Below, piece by piece: positions 7,941-15,411 of a stretch of DNA of 15,411 nt. This DNA comes from an uncultured Nitrososphaeraceae archaeon. Lineage in GTDB: Archaea; Thermoproteota; Nitrososphaeria; Nitrososphaerales; Nitrososphaeraceae. Location: positions 1 to 15,411 of the forward strand of contig CAWIMJ010000011.1 in assembly GCA_963837175.1 (NCBI GenBank), read 5' to 3'. The position numbers were made by a program, and so were the translations under genes. Under the pieces are notes generated by a model. It worked only from the letters and a program-made list of their open reading frames with translations, was not told the DNA's origin and did not search any database. Each line of letters opens with the position of its first letter. The first letter of the stretch is position 1.

Positions 7941-8843
7941 TTGTTAGAATATATCATACAACCATTTCAATACGAATTTTTCACACGAGGAATAATAGTA
8001 GCAATAATGGTAGGAGGTGTATGTGGACTTGTTGGCGTATATATAGTATTACGTGGAATGAGTTATATCGGACACGGAATGTCGCATGCTGTTTTTGGAG
8101 GAGCAGTAGCAAGCTACATTCTTAGTTTTAATGTGTATATTGGTGCAACGCTTTGGGGATTTATCTCTGCTATTATTATCAATGAGATAAATAGAAGAAA
8201 CAAAATTAAAGCAGATGCCGCTATAGGAGTTGTCACTACTGCAGGTTTTGCAATTGGTGTTTTGTTAATTAGCACGACACGAAGTTTTACTAGGGATTTT
8301 GAATCTCTTCTTTTTGGTAATATACTTGGAATAACGGATCAAGATCTGCTCGTGATTTCTCTGGTATCTATTCTAACAATTCTCTTTGTTTTCTTCTGTC
8401 ACAAGAAACTCATTTTCATACTATTTGACAAGGAAACATCCAAAGTTTATGGAGTGAAAGGTGATCTTATCGAATTGATCTTTTCATTAGTTCTTGCAGC
8501 AGTAGTGATTGCTTCTATGAATGCTATTGGAGTTACTCTACTTGCGGCTGCTATAGTAGCGCCTGCAATATCAGCTAGGATGCTTACAAACAACTTCCTA
8601 AAAATGGTTACAATTTCTACAATAATAGGTATTGCTACTTCCTTCTTAGGAATGTATGCTAGTTTCTATTTTGATTCTGCGTCTGGTGCTACGATAGTAT
8701 TATTTGGAGCAGCAGCATTTGGGATATCATCACTTTATGCATTTCTGAGAAGAATATATCATACACACTCGCATGGAGATCAGAAGCATGCGCATCCTCA
8801 TATTCATGTACAAGAACATCAACACCCACATCAAAATGATTAA
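7941..8843 (+). CDS. Metal ABC transporter permease (ZnuB/MntB, ABC-3 family) with a His-rich C-terminal tail
   Basis: Multi-TM protein with GVYIVLRGMSYIGHGMSHAVFGG, DAAIG, LFGNIL and ASGATIV. Tail HTHSHGDQKHAHPHIHVQEHQHPH. SD-like GGTGA near 7924 and a TTG start. Confidence 0.95.
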   Translation: MLEYIIQPFQYEFFTRGIIVAIMVGGVCGLVGVYIVLRGMSYIGHGMSHAVFGGAVASYILSFNVYIGATLWGFISAIIINEINRRNKIKADAAIGVVTTAGFAIGVLLISTTRSFTRDFESLLFGNILGITDQDLLVISLVSILTILFVFFCHKKLIFILFDKETSKVYGVKGDLIELIFSLVLAAVVIASMNAIGVTLLAAAIVAPAISARMLTNNFLKMVTISTIIGIATSFLGMYASFYFDSASGATIVLFGAAAFGISSLYAFLRRIYHTHSHGDQKHAHPHIHVQEHQHPHQND

Positions 8844-9231
8844 AAGAAAACCGCTAACATTGAAATGCTATGTCTGTTTTTATGGTCTTTTAGAAAGCGA
8901 AAATGAATAATAATAAAAAGATGAATATTATATCTCTACAATTTTCTGCATAGTTATACACTCGTCATAGGTGTTATACTTCTTGTTCATACTTTATGCA
9001 CTGATGCAACTTTTACTATTCTTCGATAATTAGTGACATTCAAGGATTTACAAAGGCATGTTCAATATTCAATAACAATAACATTCTAAACACATCAAAC
9101 TGGTTTGGATTTAAGAGGTAAGTTGTTCTGGTTATGGAACAATGATAGTCATAGATTAGAGGATTCCAGAACTGCTGGTAATTTAAAATCTATAGGTATT
9201 ACTACTTACTCTATATAAAGAAACGTACTTT

Positions 9232-9981
9232 TTATCTATAGACATTTGAACCAGAATTTGCCTGTTCTAATCTAGCTTCTCTCAGATTTTTTTCTATTAT
9301 TTCTGCTTCTTTGATCAAAGAATTGATATCACAGGACGCATCTGGAAGTAGTTTCATCACTGCTTCTGAAATTGCTGCTGCAGCTCGAAAATCTGATACG
9401 TCTTTTATCACTTTTGTTAGCAAAACAATAACGTCAAAATTCATCCATGATCCTTCATTTAATAATAAGGCAGGAATTCCTGTTATCGAGCCACTGGAAA
9501 GCTGAACAATTTCAACTTTTTCGAGTCTTTCTTGAGCCTTTTTTGTACTTGCTACAGCATATATTTCTTGTATTTTAGATTTCCCGGCAGATGAATTGGA
9601 TATTTCGGTTGGCATGCCGGCAGCGCTAATGACAAGTCCACACTCATTCTTTTTTGCCCATTGTAAAATTGTTTTTGATACACAATAATACATTGATTGG
9701 TCAAGGTTTAATTCTGATATAAGAAAGGCAAGCTTGAGATTCTCATTTGCATAAATTCTTGCCGGAAAATTTGGAGTACCATTATAAATTACCGACAATG
9801 CTGGAAATCCCAATGAATCTAATACAGCGACAAGTTCATTTTTTAGTGAATGAATAAAGCATCCAGAGGCAATCGCATTGATTAGCCCTACGCTAGGAAA
9901 GCCATCAATGACAGTCCCTCCTTTAAGGTTAACCTCTTTTATTGTTCGAATTTCAATATTTGGAGAAGTAGAGTATGACAA
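9232..9981 (-). CDS. Proteasome assembly chaperone family protein (PAC2/PbaA-B-like)
   Basis: Motifs IDGFPSVGLINAIA, FPARIY, SE, GSITGIPALLL, DFRAAA and LIKEAEIIEK. Confidence 0.9.
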   Translation of the reverse strand: MSYSTSPNIEIRTIKEVNLKGGTVIDGFPSVGLINAIASGCFIHSLKNELVAVLDSLGFPALSVIYNGTPNFPARIYANENLKLAFLISELNLDQSMYYCVSKTILQWAKKNECGLVISAAGMPTEISNSSAGKSKIQEIYAVASTKKAQERLEKVEIVQLSSGSITGIPALLLNEGSWMNFDVIVLLTKVIKDVSDFRAAAAISEAVMKLLPDASCDINSLIKEAEIIEKNLREARLEQANSGSNVYR

Positions 9982-10352
9982 TATCAGTACAATTGCGTCC
10001 TTCCTATAAAAAATATTTTGTAGTCAGTAAACCAGAATTATATTTTATATAATTAACTTAGGAATTGATGAGATTAAAATCGTGGACAGTTTCATCGTCA
10101 TATTTTATGTACTCACTCCTTTTAGTATACTAGCAATAATTACTCTATACTCAGCGGTATAAGAACCCATATAGTTAGCATGTTCGGTGGAATGCATGAC
10201 AAATTTGACCATTTGCAACGCGAAAAGAGTAGATTATATCATGCATATGTTGGTAGTGATCTAACAACATTCCTACAGCCTTAAATAAAATTAAGAGATT
10301 GTAGGAAGAGGTAAGAGGAATAATTATTTAGATAAATAATAATACCTCTGTC

Positions 10353-10669
10353 TTATCTTATCGTTTCTTCTTTTATCAAAGTTTTACGTGCTGTAGATAT
10401 CAAATATACTGACATGCCAATCATTATTACTTGAAGTGCTTTACTAACCATGTCTAGCTTGCCTATGTAATACTCTACTCCCACTATTGGAACACCAATA
10501 GTTCTAGATGCTCATACGTTGCAATTAATATAACAGATACTGCTGCTACAACAATGTATGGAATCTTACTTCTAATCTTTGTCTTAAGGATCCAAACAAA
10601 TAATCCAAGATATACAATTCCAGCACCTATAAAAAGAGTCATTTCAACTTGTTTTTCTTGTGTTTCTGC
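10353..10669 (-). pseudogene. Frameshifted, probably 5'-truncated thaumarchaeal-type membrane protein missing from the ORF track
   Basis: Manual translation gives AETQEKQVEMTLFIGAGIVYLGLFVWILKTKIRSKIPYIVVAAVSVILIATY, a 1-nt loss near 10512, then ASRTIGVPIVGVEYYIGKLDMVSKALQVIMIGMSVYLISTARKTLIKEETIR*. It has three clear TM helices and an in-frame ATG at 10642. Confidence 0.75.
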
Positions 10670-10741
10670 AGGACAGAATTGACTCTATTTTTCCACCCAC
10701 CTTAATAGACATCTTTTTTCAATAAAATATAATATATTACT

Positions 10742-10963
10742 TTGAACAAGGAGCGAATAGTAACTATATTAATACTAATGGGGCTATTTGGTGGACTTGT
10801 TGGTGGGCCTATTGCTAGCTTGCTAGATTATCATGCTCTTCCAGTAAAACGCTTCTGGTTATTCATCATCATTCCAGAATTTATTGGATTTATATGCGCC
10901 AGTATAATGATATATTATGGAAGATCAAGGAGGAAAAGCAATGATGATAGAAAATTGTGCTGA
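10742..10963 (+). CDS. Small hypothetical membrane protein (2 TM)
   Basis: 73 aa with two hydrophobic helices and a basic C-terminus (RSRRK); TTG start. Confidence 0.55.
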   Translation: MNKERIVTILILMGLFGGLVGGPIASLLDYHALPVKRFWLFIIIPEFIGFICASIMIYYGRSRRKSNDDRKLC

Positions 10964-11276
10964 CATCCTCAGAGGCTCCTTAATCCTGTCGATTATCAAC
11001 AGCCTGTTATGACTCTATTATTCTTAGAGATTAAATGATATTCATTTCTCTTAATATTTGCATATTCATTCATGACATGTCTTCTTTTATCTTATCTGAT
11101 TCATTAGTATAAGTAGGGAGAAGAATTATTGGAATAACTGTACAATAATGCAACAAGCTATTTTTTTGTTTTCTTCTGTAAGACTCTTACTTTCACATTC
11201 TTAGAAAAACCTAAAGGAAATACATTGCATATGAACTCATTTAAATAATAAGAGTTCTTTTTAGTAATACAAACAT

Positions 11277-11555
11277 ATGGTTGCTACTGCATTATTAGTA
11301 TTTTATCGATTTAAAGCCATGACTAAAGAAGAAACACAAAAAGCTAACGATGAATGGAATGAATTGAAGAACAGCTTACCTTCTGGCATTGAGCTTATAG
11401 GAGAATATGTCCATGCATGGGGTACTGAATATAATGGTTTTTTGTTATTTGAAGCTGATAGCGCCGATTCATTTTTGGACTGGTGGTCAAAGTTTAAGGA
11501 TACTATTAGATGGTATGTAGAGCAAACACATACAATAGTAGCAAGGAGAAGGTAG
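11277..11555 (+). CDS. Small ferredoxin-like/dimeric alpha-beta barrel protein (GYD/DUF3303-like)
   Basis: 92 aa with a beta-alpha-beta-beta-alpha-beta pattern, GIELIGEYVHAWGTEYNGFLLFEADS. A TATA-like TTTAAATA lies near 11240. Confidence 0.7.
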   Translation: MVATALLVFYRFKAMTKEETQKANDEWNELKNSLPSGIELIGEYVHAWGTEYNGFLLFEADSADSFLDWWSKFKDTIRWYVEQTHTIVARRR

Positions 11556-11920
11556 CTAAATTTTTATCTAATGCATATTAAATTATTTTCTTCTACTTCT
11601 TTATCTCTTAAATCTCTGCATTCTAGTTTTATTTTTTTCAAATAACGACCTAGTTCATGTGTTCGGTGGGATTAGGTCCCTGCATGTAGAGGAGGGGTTC
11701 AATTATTTTGCTTATTTATTTTGCTTTTTCTCATACTGTGGCTTGCTATAGACTCAGGTGGAGGGTGGGGACAGATTTTAACTTGGTTTTATGTCTTGGC
11801 CATTCTTAATCATCTTAACATGTGCAAGATGTAATTAAGAATTAATCTACCTAAACATGGCACGCAAAATACTTCAAATAGAAGATGGCTTTCTGCTTCA
11901 AGAATAAATAGATATATTGC

Positions 11921-12463
11921 ATGGTGATAACCCATATAGAGGACATGGCTCAAACCCTTTGTATCAAATGTGGTTCAGAGCTCAAAGTATCTTCCTATTG
12001 TCACCTTTGCCAAGAGCCTTTAATTTTTGCATGTACTTCATGTGAGTATATTACTGAAGAAAAAGTTCATACCGATTGTAGAAATGCGGAAGTATTAGCA
12101 AAAACAGCAACAGCAGCACAAGAAGATGCGGCGGCTGCTGCTACTACAACAACCACACCTACAACTGGGAATCAAGAAAAGAGTATTGTTGATAAACCAA
12201 AAGAAGAAGAAACGGTTAAAGCAGAGCCACGTTCTGCACCATCTTATATGACAAGGGAGCAAGATAATAAAAATTCCAACAATGTTAATCCGTTTGTTGC
12301 AGGCACAGCAGTTTGGCAAAGCTTGATGACCTATTGGTTTAATGCTTATGGAGAATTTCTTAAAAATGCACCAAAAATGACTGAAGATTGGTATAATACA
12401 TATTGGAAGCCTTGGTTAAATTGGTCACGCAGCAGCAGACAAGGACAAGACAAAGTGAAATAA
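11921..12463 (+). CDS. Double zinc-ribbon protein with a low-complexity linker and a Trp-rich C-terminal domain
   Basis: C-x2-C-x9-C-x2-C-x7-C-x2-C-x8-H-x2-C, an Ala/Thr linker and a C-terminal segment with 6 Trp. The start may be the ATG at 11945. Confidence 0.75.
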   Translation: MVITHIEDMAQTLCIKCGSELKVSSYCHLCQEPLIFACTSCEYITEEKVHTDCRNAEVLAKTATAAQEDAAAAATTTTTPTTGNQEKSIVDKPKEEETVKAEPRSAPSYMTREQDNKNSNNVNPFVAGTAVWQSLMTYWFNAYGEFLKNAPKMTEDWYNTYWKPWLNWSRSSRQGQDKVK

Positions 12464-12939
12464 GCTCTGATTAACTAAGTAGCGGATTTGAGAGAAAAAA
12501 TATAAAAATCCCAAAAGTCATAACTTCATAATATAGGAGCAAGAAATCTATGAAATTAATTGAAGGAGATAGCATAAAGATAAAAATTTAGTTATTGTTT
12601 TTTAGCTTAGTAAATATTATTATTATATTAAATATATATCCATAAGTCATTCGACTAGGTTTTCTTAGTGAGCTAAGGAATATTAGGATATGATAAATAC
12701 TATAATATTATAATACAAAAGATGTAAATTCTACGGGTTCAGTGAGAGGCAATATACTATAGTTCACCAATTAATTTGCTATATACTCTTTCTCTGACAG
12801 TCCTTGAGATGACTCAATAGTCGGATGTCGTTGGAAAAACCAAAATAACTAACTGCCATAGGTGATTGCAAGATGAAAAACAGCAATCATATACTAAAAT
12901 AAATTATGTTATCCATTATCTATTATTGTCTACTAGCCA

Positions 12940-13748
12940 ATGATGATGCAAATAAAGCGTTTTCCAGTAGCCACAACATCCATAATCACATTAAATGCTG
13001 TAATTTTTGTCATAGGAATACTATCAGGTTCCCAAATACAAATTATTCAAAATTATGGTTTTATTCCTAATGATCTTTTTTATGTAGGAAGTAATGCAAA
13101 TGATAACGGGAATAATAATAATAATCCTGCTGAAAGTGCTCACCAAAATCCATTGTCTTCTTCACTACCGCTGCAATCATCAGAGCCATCACGATCATCA
13201 TCATCATCACTACCTGAATCCTTGATAAGATTATTCACATCTATGTTTATACATGCTAACATTGCACATATTGCGTTCAATTTATTTGCATTGGCTTATC
13301 TTGGTGGATATGCAGAAAGAGCAATTGGAGTCCCCCGATATGTATTAGTATATCTTATATCAGGAATTGTAGGCAGCTTTATTTCATGGGATTATAGCAT
13401 CTTACATCTTACACAATGGAGATGTAGTATTGATAGGTGCTTCAGGAGCTATCTCTGGTGTATTAGGCATAGGCAGTTCAACTGGCAATTACAAGGGCCT
13501 ATTATTGGCTCATGATACAAATTGTATTTGCGGTGATTGGCTCTGTAAGTGCACTTCCAATAGCATTTTCTGCTCATGTTGGTGGATTTATTGCAGGTGT
13601 ATTAATGACCAAGGTATTAGTTAAGTTAGAGCAGACAAAAAGAAGAAAATCAAGATATTTTCTGAGCCGTGAAAGAAAAGAGAATTGCTTACCAGTAATT
13701 ATCAGGCGTAGAAATCAAAGAAAGAAAAATTCCCTTCACATTTTTTGA
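12940..13748 (+). pseudogene. Rhomboid-family intramembrane serine protease split over three frames
   Basis: LFTSMFIHANIAHIAFNLFAL...AERAIG (first frame), IGASGAISG with the catalytic Ser (second frame), AYYWL...AHVGGFIAG with the catalytic His (third frame). Single extra bases near 13372 and 13490-13497; may be sequencing error. Confidence 0.88.
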
Positions 13749-13967
13749 ATCAACATTATGAAATAATATTCACTTTATTTTAATAGTGGGAGTGTGGTTG
13801 ACTCCATCAATATAGATTGGTTCCTTTTCTAAGGAAAATTCTCACTATCTTTAAGAATTAGAAGTAATCTAAATCCTTTTAGTTCATTCCAAAGGCTGTG
13901 TTAATATAATGTAGTATAATTTTAGTATAAGTTTATCTAATATATTTTCTAAGATAAAAATACACAT

Positions 13968-15401
13968 ATGTTGGAATCTCAGGCAATTGTAAGAATAAAT
14001 GGAGTACTGCCAGATATTTCGATATTAGGTGATGCAGAAAAGTCGGAAAGAGCAGCTGAGGTAAAAAGAACAGGCATGACTGCAAATACCTCTTGTTCAA
14101 TATTCGTTAAGGATAAGACGACAACTTCATCATCATCGACAACAATAAATAACAATACAATTTTCCATTTGCTAGTAGATATCGGTGAAGGAGTAGTCAA
14201 AAGCCTTGAAAAAATAGATCTAGCTCCTTATCGTGATTTTAATGATTTTACTACCGAATCTGCTGCAATTCACGTACCAGATGCTATATTTATAACTCAT
14301 TCACATGATGACCATATTAAGGAATTACCTCTACTCATCAGTAAGGCTAACCAACAATCAAGAGCTTTGAAAATATTTTGTACTAAGGAGTGTCATGATC
14401 AAATTGTAAGTAAATTCCCTGAGATTTCTAAAATAAATGATAAAGTATCATTTAATGTAATTCAACCAAATCAACCTTTTGAAGTAGGCTCTATCTCAAC
14501 AATACCTATTTTGGCATATCACGGTGATAATTCTCCACCAGGTTCTGTCATATACGTACTTAAGTTACCAGATAAAAGAAAAATAATAATTGGATGGGAT
14601 TTTCTCTCATTGCCAGATGATGATGTAGACCAGAATTTATTCTGGAATCCTGACCTTATTATATTAGGTACTCAAAGTTATAATCCTCATCCTGAAACAG
14701 GATTAATATCTGTTAGTGATGCCTTTGAACTTGTAAGAAGATGGAATGCAAAGGAATGTTATATAGTACATTATAGAGGATTGATGGATTTTGAAGATGC
14801 AAAAAATCAATGGTTCAGAGGACCTACTAAGGCTATGAATAGTGAAGAGCTTCAGAAAACCATAGATGAAAATCTTAGAGTAACAGGAAGGGAAGGGAAA
14901 TTCAAGATTACTGTAGCTAAGGAAGGAATGGTGTGGACTGCAAAAAGTCAAGAAGAACAAAAAGTAGAAGGACAGCAACAAGAACAACCAAGACAATTAT
15001 CTTCTATTGGTAATGTTATTGAAATCGAATCTCTTCAAAACTATATTCTAAGATTTGAAAAGGAGGATAGAGATGATATGCTCAAACTTATGATAGAAGA
15101 CAGAATTAACAGATTCGACCTCAAATTCATAAGTGCACATATAGACAGAAGTAACGACAATATTTTATATGCTCAAGGAGAAAAGGAAATGTTTTCAAAG
15201 GGTCCTGAATTGAAGATGGAAATAGTTCCATCATCATCAGAATCTCTAGACAAAGTAGAAGAAGCCTCTGTAGTAAGAATAAATGTGTTCAAGGGAAAGA
15301 AGAGCATCTTCAAAGATGACATACTGTTAAGCAGAAAAGACACTGAAGAACTCAGAAGGTATATTAGAGAAAACTTTGTTGCTGTTCAGACAACTACATA
15401 A
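13968..15401 (+). CDS. Metallo-beta-lactamase-fold hydrolase (PhnP/RNase Z-like) with an extra C-terminal domain
   Basis: ANTSCSIF, LLVDIGEG, THSHDDH (HxHxDH), AYHG, GWDF and IVHY, then a Q/E-rich linker and a ~130-aa beta-rich domain. Confidence 0.85.
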   Translation: MLESQAIVRINGVLPDISILGDAEKSERAAEVKRTGMTANTSCSIFVKDKTTTSSSSTTINNNTIFHLLVDIGEGVVKSLEKIDLAPYRDFNDFTTESAAIHVPDAIFITHSHDDHIKELPLLISKANQQSRALKIFCTKECHDQIVSKFPEISKINDKVSFNVIQPNQPFEVGSISTIPILAYHGDNSPPGSVIYVLKLPDKRKIIIGWDFLSLPDDDVDQNLFWNPDLIILGTQSYNPHPETGLISVSDAFELVRRWNAKECYIVHYRGLMDFEDAKNQWFRGPTKAMNSEELQKTIDENLRVTGREGKFKITVAKEGMVWTAKSQEEQKVEGQQQEQPRQLSSIGNVIEIESLQNYILRFEKEDRDDMLKLMIEDRINRFDLKFISAHIDRSNDNILYAQGEKEMFSKGPELKMEIVPSSSESLDKVEEASVVRINVFKGKKSIFKDDILLSRKDTEELRRYIRENFVAVQTTT

Positions 15402-15411
15402 AAACAATAAC

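Noticed and set aside
8844-9231. Short ORFs between the convergent permease and PAC2 genes
   Set aside because: The frames I read gave only short peptides with no coherent joined protein.
12736-12803. Possible degenerate IS/MITE ends (gggttcagtgagag ... ctctgacagtcc)
   Set aside because: The inverted-repeat match is weak, with no transposase remnant or target-site duplication.
1-15411. CRISPR array, tRNA/rRNA, transposase, integrase or defence system
   Set aside because: No regularly spaced repeats, cloverleaf or rRNA-like GC-rich segments, or relevant catalytic motifs were seen.

Overview
AT-rich archaeal DNA whose gene content (NikR, PAC2 chaperone, FxLYD-domain protein, zinc-ribbon proteins, TATA-type promoters) points to a soil ammonia-oxidising archaeon of the Nitrososphaeraceae; this is an inference. 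The left two thirds form a metal-homeostasis region with two modules. (i) A winged-helix regulator sits behind a tandem ATTAGG-N4-CCTAAT (DtxR/SirR-box-like) operator and is followed by an exported His/Glu-rich helical protein resembling FTR1/PbrT soluble domains. (ii) nikR precedes a TroA/ZnuABC-type ABC operon with a NikR-geometry operator and a His-rich permease tail, suggesting nickel uptake through a Zn/Mn-type transporter. The rest holds a PAC2 chaperone, small proteins, a rhomboid protease and an unusual two-domain metallo-beta-lactamase-fold hydrolase. At least four genes are split by small indels (SBP remnant, SnoaL-like cyclase, a membrane protein missed by the ORF track, rhomboid), from decay or sequencing error. 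No rRNA, tRNA, CRISPR array or transposase was seen.
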